From Podarcis filfolensis (taxonomy: Eukaryota): a stretch of 64,000 nt of DNA. The position numbers were made by a program, and so were the translations under genes. The DNA lies in the NCBI GenBank assembly GCA_964270895.1, contig OZ185444.1. One strand, given 5' to 3'. The notes under the pieces were generated by a model. It worked only from the letters and a program-made list of their open reading frames with translations. It ran no database searches and was not told the origin of the DNA. This document shows, one piece after another, positions 13,898-27,060 of the stretch. Each line of letters opens with the position of its first letter. Position 1 is the first letter of the stretch.

Positions 13898-13971
13898 ATG
13901 TATATTTTGAACAGCAATGTGGGTTTCTTGAATTAAAAAAACCAACCCACATTGCTGTTCAAAATACACAT
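13898..13971. repeat. Inverted repeat, 28-bp arms with an 18-nt spacer
   Basis: ATGTATATTTTGAACAGCAATGTGGGTT / AACCCACATTGCTGTTCAAAATACACAT, one mismatch. Confidence 0.9.
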
Positions 13972-16900
13972 CTACTGGTTTTCTGCTCAAATATACTCCC
14001 CATTTTGCTTCTTTAAATGATGCTAGAATAGAAGCATAGAAATCTAGAACGGCTGCTATTCAGACTTGTTCATGTGAACCTTTAATTCAATGCACATTTA
14101 AATCTGTCCTTTGACTTTAATGAAAGCAAGGGGCCTGAGCTATGTGCTTAAGTTCACTGCTGAATAGATGCCATGGGGCAAAAGCCACCAATGAGTTCCA
14201 TTTCTGTTTCTGAGATGTATCTCTTTGCCTGAGGAACTGGTGCAGTCATGTCCATTTAATCTTTGTTTTCTATGTTCCAACTGCCAATTGATGCCCACTG
14301 TGATAATGATAAACAGCTGGCTGCACAAAAGCTGAATGGAGATGATCACTTTGGGTAGCTTCATGCAGTGATGATAATGTCTTGGGCAAGATTTGAACTA
14401 ATTACCTAGAAATAAAAGGCCATATTAAAAAAAAAAGCAACTAAGGCAGGGGTTCTCCAATTTGGTAATGCCAGGCCTCTCTAAATCAAGAAAAGAAAAA
14501 AGGACACAAGAGTGTCCTTTTTATTCCAATGAAGCATGCAGAAACACCATCTTATCAACAGAATGATTGGACTGTTTAGCCTTCATACCCTTGTCCGCCT
14601 GGTTGATCCATAAGCATGCAAATTAGCTGATCATTGATTGCCAGTCAGACTGAGGATATTTACAGTCTTTGATGCAATGCACATTTCTGGGTAGTAATTC
14701 CTGTTGAACTCAATAAGATAAATTCCAAGCAAATATGATTAGGATTTGTGTCCCTTGATTATTTGCAAATTTCTCTTTTCTCTGATCTCATTAAAATTGC
14801 TGCATTGCAACTTTGCAAAAATCTAAGTGCAAATATCTGGTTTCTCTGAAAGGTAAGGTTTGATCTGAGTTTGTGCTCCCCCTGCCCAGGGCATTTGTGT
14901 GCTGCTTTATCAATTGGCATCCCTTGTACTGCACAGGGAGAACCATGAATGGTGTAGTCTCCAGGGGAAGCATCTAGGAAGCCCCATTTGGGTTCACACA
15001 TTTTTTAAAAAAGATATTGTTTCCCCGTTGTCCAGCACATAGAGTCAATGCAAGACCTAAAAGAAGGTAACACTTTATGTAACCAGCACATCTCTGAAGC
15101 AAAACAAACCACCCCTGAGAACAAGTCCAGAAATATATTTGCTTCTTTCTGTTGGGTGACCTCGTTCAGCACATAATGTGACGTTTGGGTCACAAAAATA
15201 TGAAGTAAGCTTTTATATTTACCAATAATGTAATTGTCATTAGATTGTGTGCATTCTGGGTATAAATTTAGGCCCAACCAGATGCATTCTGGGCCAATTC
15301 AGAAATGCTGATGACCGTGCTAAATAATGGACATGATGACTTTCCATTTTCATTGCGAAATGGTCGATTGACCTTACTTCAAATCTTACCTAGCTTGTCT
15401 CTTTTCTTTATTTCTATAGAGCTAGTTCTTTTCCTACTATACGCATCAGCTTAATTTCAGACAAATCAGTGGAGCTATGCTGATATACAACAGCTGAAAG
15501 TATGGTTCTATTGTCTTTTATTACTCAGATGAAGATTGAGTCTGAAAGGGGGATCAGATGCTGAAAGCTATGAAGGCTTCTATGAATGGGGGGGGGGGAG
15601 GAAGAGAACTGATTAAAGTTCTATTTGCTGATGTCCCCCACTAATTTATGTCCAAGTGTTAGTTTGCTAATTAATGACTGCTCAGGAAATGCCATGTGTC
15701 AGCAATGAATCACTTACTTTTGTTGCACCTCAGTAGTGTATGGCTAATGAACTAGGACAAGTTGTATAATTAAAAACAAAAATAGCCTCATTGTAAGATT
15801 CAGTTATACCTATATTCTGTAGGTAGCATAAATGAAACAACTTTCCTTCTCAATAATTTAATTTAAAGTAGGGTAGAATAGTTAGACTAATGAAAAATAA
15901 AAATCAGCTCCTTTTATATGAGGGAAAAGAGTTAAACAGAAGTTATACTCCATTATAAAAGACACTCCACAGAGTGCTGCCAGGTTGTAGTCTACAACAG
16001 GAGATTAGGAAGGAGGTAAAATTTTCCTCTCTGATTCTCCATTGCCAATGCAACTCCTTTGTCTTTATGGTAAAAAAGATACATGCATCTGTTGCCCTTG
16101 CCACATGGTGCTAAAAGGAGCTTGTGTGTGTGTATGCTTGTGCTGATTTGGAGGTGGAAAGTTAGTAGAGAGGTATTGGAGTCAAAGAGTGTCACGTTCT
16201 GGTCCAGTGCTAGATCTCACAGAGAAGAAGAGAAGGCAGAAGTTGCAGTACCAGGGACAGCTCTGCGAGAGCTACCTACTCCCGCAAAACTCTGAGAGCA
16301 GACTGAGCCCTTTAAAGCTCAAAAACACGTAGCTCAGCATGAAATGGAATAATAGAATTGTAGAACTGGAAGGGACCCCAAACGCTATCTAGTCCAGCCT
16401 CCTCCAATGCAGGAGGAAAAACCCTGGAATGCAAACAATCCTGGAAACATTTCTAGCCCACCTGCCTGTGCAGCATATGGATAGCCCGGGAAGGAAGGAA
16501 GATGCCATTTGCTTTCAGTTTACAAAGTGGCTCTGCCTAATCACCAGGGGCCATGCTTAGCTACCACGGACAACTAGGCTAATGGCTGTTTACTAGGCTG
16601 GAAGGAAGTGTGCTCATTTGGCAATTTTAGATGGAATTGATACATATTTCATAAATGTCATCAATGTGCCTAACCTTGAGGAAATGATCTTATGCTTCTC
16701 AGAGCATAATTTGTGGCTTTTGAGCGCAAGGTATGAGGAACTCAGGAAAGAGATTCTGGGGGGTAGTGAAAATACTTCCACACACTTCTTTCCGACATGC
16801 CTACGCTGCGTTGTTGAGGAAAGGACTTGATGCTTCTTTGGAGTAGAAGTTGAGCGTGAGCTATCAGGAAACCCCTGCTGGATGGGTGAAAGCCACTGAA

Positions 16901-18673
16901 TAGATCCAGCTCAGGTTTAAACCAAGTGAAGTCTGTGTCTCTCCAGCTGTGCTGCAGGCTTTGTCAAAAAGCTCTCCCATCAAATGTGGAGTGCCACTTA
17001 TTCAAGAATCTGTCTGTCTTAGACAATGGCAATGGCACTTTCCACCTGCTCTCCCTGTGAAATTAAGCTGCCAGAGCAGATGTGCTGACTGCAACTTATC
17101 CTTTTTACAATCCTTCTGTGATCTCTAATGACATCATGAGACCGGACAGTTCAGTAATGACAAACCAGGGAATAATTTCTCTTGCAGACATCTGCTCTTC
17201 TGTGTTCCACCGCTTTGTTTTGCTTTGCAGCAGCTACGCTATTAGTTCACATCGGCAGGGCTATGGATGCCCATCTCTCATCTGAGCTATGAGACGGCAA
17301 CACCTTGAATTCAATTAATTTCTGTTTTTCACTCAATCAGAATCTCTTTTGGCTGAAAATACATCCAGGTTTAATGGAATGTAAGAAGCGTGAAGTAAGC
17401 TTAAAAGATGGAGAGAGCAAAGACAGCAGCAAGCACCTGGGCCTGATGTTTGAAAATACATACAATGTTGTGGATCAGAAGTAGGATTTGTGTCATTAAA
17501 ATGAATGGGAAGAGATTCTAAAGCTCCAATTCTCTGGAGAAACACAGAAATGAAAATATAAAGAAGAGAAAGTTAAAACAACAATAGCTCCCCCCCTCAA
17601 AAAAACTCCAATATTCTTGTGATGAACAGACTACGTTTGTAGGTTTGCAAGAAGTTTTGTGAGGTGAATTATTAGAACTATTGCAAAAATGGATAAAGGG
17701 GAGGATGGTTAGTTAAGATAATTAAAGGCAATATGAATTTAAGAAATGCATAAGAAGTGGTTAAAACGGTGGATCATCAGAGGTGCTGATGGAAGTCCAA
17801 AAAAAGATTGTATAAGTGGTGAAGTTTTGTGGTATGTATTATAATTTATATGTTAAAATTAATAAAAATTATTATTAAAAAAACCCTCCAGTATTCAATA
17901 AACAAGGAAGAAAGTCTGGAATGAACCAGGAGGACACATATTGTAATCTCTCCAATCTCTAAGGTTGAAGCTGAAGTTCCCATTATATCTGGAATATTTA
18001 ATCAGGTTTTGATTTTTGCCTTCCTTCTCCACAGTCAAGGATCTTGATGCAAATCAAGGAGACCAGTTTGCATTGGAAACATGAGCAGGGTTCAAATTTA
18101 GCAGGGCACCAGGCTCATTTTGTGCTGAAAGATTCTCCATTTGTGAGCACCTCAAAACGTCTGGTTGCCATTTTTGCACCTGGCTGACGCTCAGGTATTA
18201 CTGAAATGTATGTGCTTTGAAGCCTCAAAGTATATGTTAAAGGCAGATAATATGTTAAGGAGTTTAACAATAAAGAGTAGAGTGTTTGGAATACTGAAGT
18301 ATGATACCAATATTTTTATTGCAAACACCAAATTAAACATGTATTAACAATTTCTGATAAAAATGTGTTATTAACCATGTGTCTCTTAGGTGAATTGCAT
18401 ATTAGTTCATGTTTATCAAAATAATTAATAAATAGTGTTGCCAACTCCCAGAAAATGGCAACTAGAGATTCTGTTTTGGCGCCCACAACCAAGAAGCCAT
18501 TTGGTTCCTAGCTTTTCTATGCCAGTTTCTAACACTGCATACGAGGGGAGTGGAACAACAGAAATGGAACAACATTTCTAGTTCCTTTGATCCTGTGTCT
18601 CCCACCACCTGTAACTACTTCACCAGGACCATAACATTAAAAGGTTTAAGCCAGTATATCTCAGCCAGTGGCA

Positions 18674-18884
18674 CTTGTACCCCCTAACACTAGTCAAAAC
18701 ACTCAAGGCGGCATGCGTGATTCTCCCCCTCCTCATTTAATCCTCACAACAACCCTGTAAAGTGGGTTTGGCTGAGAGGCAATGACTGGCCAATGGCCAC
18801 CCAGTGTGCTCCATGGCTGAGTAGGGATTTGAACCCTGGTCTCCCAGGTCCTAGCCTGACACACTAACCACTACACCACACTGG
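18674..18884 (-). mobile_element. MIR/Ther1-derived (Squam3-like) SINE
   Basis: CCTCACAACAACCCTGT CORE; GGATTTGAACCCTGG B box; CTAACCACTACACCACACTGG A-box end. Related fragments at 19655-19770 (+), 33520-33660 (-) and 37775-37915 (-). Confidence 0.8.
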
Positions 18885-19883
18885 TGTAGAAGGTCAAAAA
18901 GATCTGCCAGAAGCACATTCTAACTGTTTTGAAAAAGAACTAAGGGAGGTTGCTTGAGTCAGTTCTCCAAACAGTGACAGAAATATGTTAGTGAAGTAGG
19001 GAAAGTTTTAAGAATGTCTTCATGACAGAGAATGCAAGATGGGTCACTGAGAGTTCTCCTTTATGAACTAGCACAAACCGGGAGCCTATAGGAACGTGTT
19101 CTGGAAGGGATGTACCTCAATACACCTTTGTTTTCCTATATGAGCCTCTGTCACATGTTCTCGTTTCCTGCCTTCCAGCAATCCATGTGAGTTTAGCAGC
19201 AGCTGGCATCTTACATTCTTAGATTTAGCCCGATTCTTTGCATCACTTGCTCTCCTAGATGTAGTGCATTTTCTTTATTTTTGGAAATGACCTTAATTTA
19301 TTCTTTGACTAAAATTACTACTTGAGTCAAATGGCTTTGCTCTGATCCTGGGATTTCCTGCATTCTTAAGGTCTGATCCTCTAAGAAATGCATGTTTAGC
19401 ACTGCAGCAAGCAGAACATTGTGTAACCCACTGATCAGATTACTGAAAATACTATTTAAGGAATATAAATAAATCTTTTAAAGGCTGAGATTTCTTCATT
19501 CTGAATCATGTCTCACTCAAAAACAGTGCAGAGAAGGGATGCCAAAAGGGTTTCCTGGGCTTGGTACACTGTATGTAATGGCCCCCCCCACCTCTCTCTC
19601 TGCCCCACCAGCTTGCCACCTGCAGCTCTCTGTTGGCAAGAACTGCTGCTTATGTATATATATTAACTCAGCCTAGCCTACCTCACTGGGCTGTTGCAAA
19701 TAGAAAAGCGGGAGAGGAAAACATACACAATCTTGAGCTCCAGGGTGGAAAAGAAAGACATAAATGTATCAATTATTTTGATTGATTATTTAATTTCTCT
19801 ACTGCTTAATATACTAAAAATATAAGTAGTATAAAAACCCCCTGAAACAACAGACAACTTAAACAAAATATTACAAAAATATG

Positions 19884-20220
19884 TGTTGTTGTTGTTTAGT
19901 CGTGCCCGACTCTTCGTGACCCCATGGACCAGAGCACGCCATGCACTCCTGTCCTCCACTGCCTCCCGCAGTTTGGTCAGACTCATGTTTGTAGCTTTGA
20001 GAACACTGTCCAACCATCTCGTCCTCTGTTGTCCCCTTCTCCTTGTGCCCTCCATCTTTCCCAACATCAGGGTCTTTTCCAGGGAGTCTTCTCTTCTCAT
20101 GAGGTTGCCAAAGTATTGGAGCCTCAGCTTCAGGATCTGTCCTTCCAGTGAGCACTCAGGGCTGATTTCCTTAAGAATGGATAGGTTTGATCTTCTTGCA
20201 GTCCGTGGGACTCTCAAGAG
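19884..20220 (-). mobile_element. Bov-B LINE 3' fragment
   Basis: RVPRTARRSNLSILKEISPECSLEGQILKLRLQYFG...TKSRARLN, nearly identical to the 43.4-44.0 kb copy; (CAA)n tail; no clear TSD. Confidence 0.95.
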
Positions 20221-23200
20221 TTACATATAAAAATATAGTTACATATAAAAATGTTACATTAATACAAAATTACTAAGATCTATATCATCTATCTAGCTAT
20301 CATCTAGCTATCATCTATCTCAATTCATTTTCTTTCTGACACACCCTCCCTCTCAGCCTCTAGGTTCTCATGCAGGGTTCAGACAAATTTTCAGCTGACC
20401 CACAAAAGTCTCACAACGAGAAGAGTTATTGGAAACAGTGGATAGATAAGAAAACACAGGTCTGTGTGGTTTCCTAACTTTGGGTGTTTGAACTGCCCGC
20501 TCTCAACCTACCTAGCCTACTTCAAAAGGTTATGGCGTAGATCAACTTACAAAATAAAAATAAAAATTAAACCCCTGAACTTTGGTGCCTGGAATAAAGG
20601 GCATTACAGGACTTGTGACTGTCCTGCCAATCTTGACTTGATTAGATATGCCCAGTTGTTACACTCTGAATGTTTCTATTGTCGTGGCATTTCTTAAAAC
20701 CTGTGGTAATGTTGGCACACACTTAATTGCAATGGAAAACATGTGCCATCAGAATTAAAGTACAAGAGAGTAAAGGAAAGTTCCTAGTCACTGGTAGAAA
20801 ATTGATGTGAAATGCCACCTGACATGGCTTCAGCAACATCTAATTAGTTAATCAATTTAATAACAGAACATTTAAATCAGCACCAAAAGGGAGTCAGTAG
20901 GCATAACCAATGAAGTTTATAAACCAGGCATCTTGGCCATCTATTTTCATACTTTAATTACATTCTGTGAACCAATTGACAGCACTTGATGAAAATTGAA
21001 GGTGTAGACAGAATATAGCAGGTAGAGTGGCCTGCTTTCCTAAGCTAATTGTTACTATCTCCCCCACAACACGCAGAGACACAAGCCAATGCAGACGAAG
21101 AACCTACGTCTGAGAAAATGATTAATTGTGATTGTAGCTAATCTCTTATGAGACATGTTTGGCGCTTCATGACACCCAGTGGCAAACCACTTCTCTGTGC
21201 ATAGTTTTATCACATTTTGTGTTTTATCCTTCTGGAATCATTTTTGAAAGTTTTTCTTTTCTTATCCATCTTTTCCGTGCGATACTGGTGAACAAATAAT
21301 CACATTGTGCACAGGTCTTCATGTTGCATGTGTCAGCTTTCTAAATCATAAAAAACTGATGATGATCTCTGAATTGCATATAATGTATGTCAAAATGATT
21401 TATGGTGACTCTCATGAGATACACTGAAATGATTTCGGAAAGGAAGAACAAGAAGAAAGCTTTTAAAAAAATCCCTGTCAGAACCCAACTTGCTGTTTTC
21501 ATGAGGGTTGTTTTTGTTTTACTTTCTGTTCACCTTTTGAGGTGACTTGAGTTGGTTCAAAAACATTCCATCACCCTATCTTTTGAAAGCCTCCTAAATA
21601 ATATTCAGTTGTATTGTGGATACTTCTTCTGGCTTGAGGGAACTTGGTTTGAAATTCTTGGAGCAGACATTTAAAATCTGGCAGATCTGGTCCCTAAAAG
21701 AGGCTTGGAGAGGTCAGTGAAGGAAAAAGAATCTTCTTCCAAAATGAAAAGGCATTTGTTTAAAGCTCTCTAGGTGACAGCAGTTGAAATCATCATAAGA
21801 AACTTCTTGTTCACCCTAGAAGAGAACCGACAGCACCCTCACCTGGCAGTTGACGTTTCTTAATTTAGGTGAATGGGATCTTAGAGATAGAAGGCTGTTA
21901 AGAGCCCTCACATTTTGAAGAATGCTGTCTACAGTAACATGGTTACTCAAAATGCCCTAAAGGTAGATGCTGCAGCTGTGTGCCCTTATCTCTCAGGAAT
22001 TCAATGTGATGCTGGATTGCAGAGCAGCTGTGCAGTACATTACCAGGTAAGAAGAGTAAAGTGAGAAAGCGGCTTGCTCCATTCCTGTGTTCCACTCTCT
22101 GGCCTCATAGACCCAACCATGCTCTGATAGTAGCCATACCATTATTGCATTATTAAGCTATGTATTTCTTCAGTGAGAAACCACATGTGTAATGCATTAC
22201 AAAATGCACATTGGAAATGGGCGTGTTATGTGCTTCTATGTTTGCATGCCCAAGATCAAGCTATAGTAATGGTCATGCCTACTAGGGGATTGGCCCAAAT
22301 TCAAAATCTGGCCGGCGGCAAAAACCCACCAACCAAAGCGGCTGGCCAGGTGAATCCCTCAACAGCTGGTCCCCTCTGCCTACCATTGCTCCCCTGGAAT
22401 GGGGCATAACGCACTGTGCCGAAACCACCACCCACTCCAGGACTGGGTAAGCAGCCATTGTTGTCCGAGTCAGATACAGTTTGCCACCCCTCTACCTTGC
22501 TGCCCAGGGTTCCTTCCATCTCTTGTCCCCCTCAGTCTGGGCCTGTGAAGTATGAATAGAGTTAGCTGTCATAAAAGGAGACTTCGTGTGCCTCCATAAC
22601 TTTGATGCAGCAGTGGAAGAAACAGATATTAGAAGAAATAGTTCAGTGCTGTGTTAGTAATGATTTGGATTTATGCAAAAGAACACATTAAGTAATACCT
22701 TGGAAAAAGATGGTAGAAGCATTAAAATGCTGGATAAATACTGATAATAAAATTGTTTTTCAATGGTAAAAGTATCAGAGAGACCTAATAGATCTTGGTG
22801 ACAAGTGAAAGGTGATAACTGTAAAAGATATTCTGGGAATGGGTAACTCCACAATTCAAGTGACTGGCTTTTCTCCAAGTCTTTTATTTCTGAGTCTTAA
22901 AAATGATGTGTGTCTAAACCTCGCTACTGCTTCTTTTTATTTTAAAGTGGAAATTGCTGTAACTAAGAACAGATATGATTGGAATTTGGAAGGGGACATT
23001 TATCATTGTTAAAATGGGTAGCTTGTATTTACGGTTCTTCAAGATGTATCAAACATGGAACGACTCAGCCTACAACAAATCTGCAATATTGTTCATTAGT
23101 TGAGAAAATATGGGTGAGAAACCCCTTTGAGACATACTTTCATTCTCTCTTGTAAATATACTCTGGCAATTTTATGTAGTGTATGGAAACTGAGACCCAT

Positions 23201-24216
23201 AAGCATCTATACACCTCAGTTCAGTTCCTTCTGTAATATTCCACATCAGAACATATCATATGTTTTTTTAAAAAACAAAAACCTTTCAGGTCTCTTATAC
23301 TGGTATATCACATCATGAAATTTCAATTATAACACTGTAATAAATATATACATGCTTTAATGTATACTGCAAATTGTCCACAATCATAGGGGGAAAATAA
23401 CTAAACACTTGGAGCATATTCTTTTTGCACAGATTAATTTAGGCTCTTGTGGTCTGCTTGCTTTGAAAGCAAGATTATTTTCTTTTAATAAAAAGGGATG
23501 TTTTAAGATTTACATTTGCAGGAGACAGCAGGAGGCTATTGTGTCTGGTGAGAAAGATAGAAGTTATATAATCTGCTGCCTTCTAAATCAATATATTCAT
23601 ATCAGCCTGTAATTTCACTCTGACCAAATGAAGAAAAGGAAAAAAGTCGAACTGGAAAACGATGTTCTTTATACTGTTTACTGAGCCCGCCCTGGTTCTT
23701 ATTATGTCAAAATAAGCTTTGTAGATATGAACTCAGCCGCACGGCGGAAAATAAAAGCTATATAACCTTCTTTTGTGAAGGGGAAAATAAAGAAGGCTTG
23801 GGGAGATAAGTCTGAGGGCTATAATTACACAACTATATAAATGAAATCTTGGGTAGTTCTTTTGAAGACGATTTCTAATATGTGTTTGTGAAATTGAGCA
23901 ATTCATATGATGCCAAGTGCCATTAATTGAAACCTCTGCATCTTCACTTGGATAAGTTTGCTTTAGCCACTCTGTGCTTGAACTTTTCATTCAATGGGCT
24001 CTGTATATTCTAGGAGCTGGGGATGGCAAAGAAGTAAATGCCTTTTCTGTGGCTTGTATTTTTGTGATGCAAGAGCAAGACAACCCTGTCAGTGCATGCT
24101 TCTGCGCAAGATAGAGGTAGTGGTGGCATAAGACCACTACTTCGAGTAGTAATTGCATTAGTAATTACATTAGTCCAGCTGTTGGTTTGAGTGCGTCCTT
24201 GGCAAAGTGTCAAATT

Positions 24217-24870
24217 GGTATCCTCCAAGTATCTTTATTTTCCAGGGACAGCCCCAGATTTATAGATTTGATCCTGGATTGTCCTGCTTTTCCTTAAAGG
24301 TAAAGGGACCCCTGACCATTAGGTCCAGTTGTGACCACCTCTGGGCTTGCAGCGCTCATCTCGCTTTATTGGCCGAGGGAGCCAGTGTACAGCTTCCGAG
24401 TCATGTGGCCAGCAGGACTAAGCCGCTTCTGGCGAACCAGAGCAGCACATGGAAACGCTGTTTACCTTCCCGCCGGAGCGGTACCTATTTATCTACTTGC
24501 ACTTTGACATGCTTTCGAACTGCTAGGTTGGCAGGAGCAGGGACCAAGCAATGGGAGCTCACCCCATCGTGGGGATTCGAACCTCCGACCTTCTGATCGG
24601 CAAGTCCTAGGCTCTGTGGTTTAACCCACAGCACCATCCACGTCCCACTGCTTTTCCTTAGGATGCTCCTATTTTCATTGGAGAAATGGAATAGGACATC
24701 CCCAAGGTGGTTTCCCCCCAGCCGGAGCTCAATTCTGGCACCTTTCAGGTGGGCACCATTGCCATTATAAAACAACAAGGGAGGCGTTTGTGGTGAGTTC
24801 TGGCCCCTCTTTTTCTAGAAAAATAGCACTGGACATCCCTATTTTCATCAGAGAAATGTTGGAGGGTATG
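24217..24870. mobile_element. Composite element, copy 2, carrying nested insertions
   Basis: Same termini; centre deleted; contains the Sauria SINE (24297-24647) and a roughly 129-bp insert (24703-24831) flanked by an 8-bp duplication GACATCCC. Confidence 0.65.
24297..24647 (-). mobile_element. Sauria SINE, full length
   Basis: tRNA-derived head with A/B boxes (GGTTCGAATCC) on the minus strand; ACCTTT tail; 13-bp TSD CTGCTTTTCCTTA (24284-24296 and 24648-24660). Confidence 0.93.
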
Positions 24871-26094
24871 TTAGGATACTAGGTCCTGGTTGGGGGGAGC
24901 AAGCATAGTGATCAGAGCTGGGCAACTATGGCTGAGCTGCGGTTTAAATTTCTCACAATGCCTGGAGCAATGCTATACCTGAGGCATTGTGGGAAATGAA
25001 GATGTCAGCTTGCACATGGCCACCCACTTTGGGGAACCCGTGGTAGGCGTTAACATAGCAATGGGCCCTGCTAAGGCTGCCCAGGGATACCTCATACTGA
25101 TGCCAGGCTTGCTTGGCTCAGTGAAACTGGATGCAACAATTATTGTGAATGCAATGAATGTGTGCAGGGTTTTGTTTTGTTTTTAATTACCCAAATAGCA
25201 GCTGAGGACAAGGCTCAGCAGCCTTGAGACCTCCCTGAAGCTGCTATTTGCATCTCAAGGGATGTTCCCGTTGGCAACTATCTACTGGTTCCAGATCAAA
25301 TCCCCTTTCAAAGGTGGCACCAGATGGGTGGGAGGACATTAGATCATTAGCTCACCCCAGTTGTTGGACCCCTGTGGTTACTTTGAAAGAAGCACATCTT
25401 TCATGCACAAATTATAACTCCATCGCAAACGGGAAACAGGAAGGAGACTGCAATCCTGTGCTTGCTTACTTGAAAGTTTATATAACAAAATCAATAGCTA
25501 GCTAATTTATCAAAAATATATTTTGGATAGAAGAATGATTGTGAAACATGCCATTATTTTTGTTTTCAAATTTTAGCATATGGGACAAAACCTGCGCCCT
25601 CCCTCAGTAATGAACTCTGCTTCCTTTACACCCCATCCCACAGTATTTTTTCCTGATGCCACAACTGGCCCTTTTCAGCACTGAAACTCATTGGGTTGCT
25701 TTGTGTAAGCCAGTCTCCCAGCCTAACACAGACTATTTTAAGAATGATTTCAGAAATTCTTCACACTGAAAAATGCCAAAGAAATATCAAAAACAGTAAT
25801 AACTTGGTAAATCTTGTTTCCATAGCTGCTTCTTCCATAGTGGTCTTGGAGGGGTCCACAGACACATTTCCCTCCTCTTTTTTATTATTTCTCTCTTCCA
25901 CTGAAGCATCGGAATTGGTTGGATCAATGGATATTGCTAAGAATCACTGGGATTTTTTTAATGGTCATTGTGCTTTACAATCTCGGTCTCATTCATACAC
26001 ATTCAGCAAAACTGTCACCCTTCTTGCTGTTTACTCTTATCTGTGTTCTACAATTGGCAAATGGAGGTTACAATATAGTGGCTTTCCTAGAACA

Positions 26095-27060
26095 TCTGAA
26101 CTGGGTAAATTGGTTCAAAGCATTATTAAAGATCAAAATATTAGGCATGTAGAAAAACCAGTCTTGCTGAAGAATAATAATCATAGCTTCTACAAAGGTA
26201 AGTCCTGTCACACTAACTTCTTAGAGTTCTTTGAAGTGTCAAAAGCATGTGGATGAGAGTAATCCAGTAGACACAGTATACTTGGACTTAATTTTTTATT
26301 TTTTACAAAGACCCCCGTCAAAGGTTCCTGAGTAAACCTAGCACTCATTGAATAGCACGATGGATTCTTTAGTAATCAGTACTTGGGGAAAAGTTCAGGA
26401 AGCAGAGAGCTGAAATAAATGGATGGTACTCACAATGGAAGGATGTAAAAAGTAGGGGCTGGAGTTTTTTAACTTCTTCATCAATGATCTGGGAGAGCAA
26501 TGAGGTGGTGTCGTGGGCCAGCAGTCAGCTTTGCCTGCTGAACAGCAGCCTGAAGGGGGAGAAGGCGGAGTGATTCCTCCTGCAGCTGATCAGCCTCCAA
26601 GGACACAGAGGAGAAGGCACTGATGAGGACCAGCTGGCTTCAGCTTTCTTGAGCAGAGCTTCCAACAGCAGTAAGATGCTGATAACAAGGCTTGTAGTTC
26701 CTGGCCCTGCCTTGCTGCTTCCTGCTTGTCTTGACACTTGACCCCAGGATCATCGGATTCTCAGGCCTCTGGACCATCTGAACACACAGATTGCTGTTCG
26801 CCCGTCCCTAGAACTGGACCTGACTTTGGATGCTGACTCTTCCTCCAGGCAAGTACACTTCAGAGACTCTTCTGGGTGGCTGGCCTCCCACTCCTCTGAG
26901 CTCTGCGTGTTGTTGCTCAGCAACAAGAATATACCAGGTGGCCATGTTTGCTGGTGACACCAAATTTTACAGCATGGTAAAGAGAAAAAGCAATTGTGAA
27001 GAGCTCCAAACTGAGGAAATGGGCAATAAAATGGCAAATGCTGTTCAGTGTAAGGATCAA
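26095..27060 (+). mobile_element. Degenerate CR1 LINE reverse-transcriptase fragment, split by a solo LTR
   Basis: KLVQSIIKD...HSFYKGKSCHTNFLEFFE; 'ttcttcatcaatgatctgg'; after the insertion VAMFAGDTKF (the EVAKFADDTKL motif) and NCEELQ. Confidence 0.85.
26509..26936 (+). mobile_element. Solo LTR (428 bp) inserted in CR1
   Basis: TG...CA ends; 5-bp TSD GGTGG (26504-26508 and 26937-26941); removing it restores the CR1 'gaggtggccatgtttgctg' motif. Strand and superfamily are tentative. Confidence 0.75.

Noticed and set aside
21939-22046. HYQ ending reminiscent of MITF-M exon 1 (MLEMLEYNHYQ)
   Set aside because: Only three residues match and no MITF-family exons are present.
25696-26256. 186-aa ORF
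   Set aside because: Only the last third is CR1 RT relic; the rest has no coding signature.
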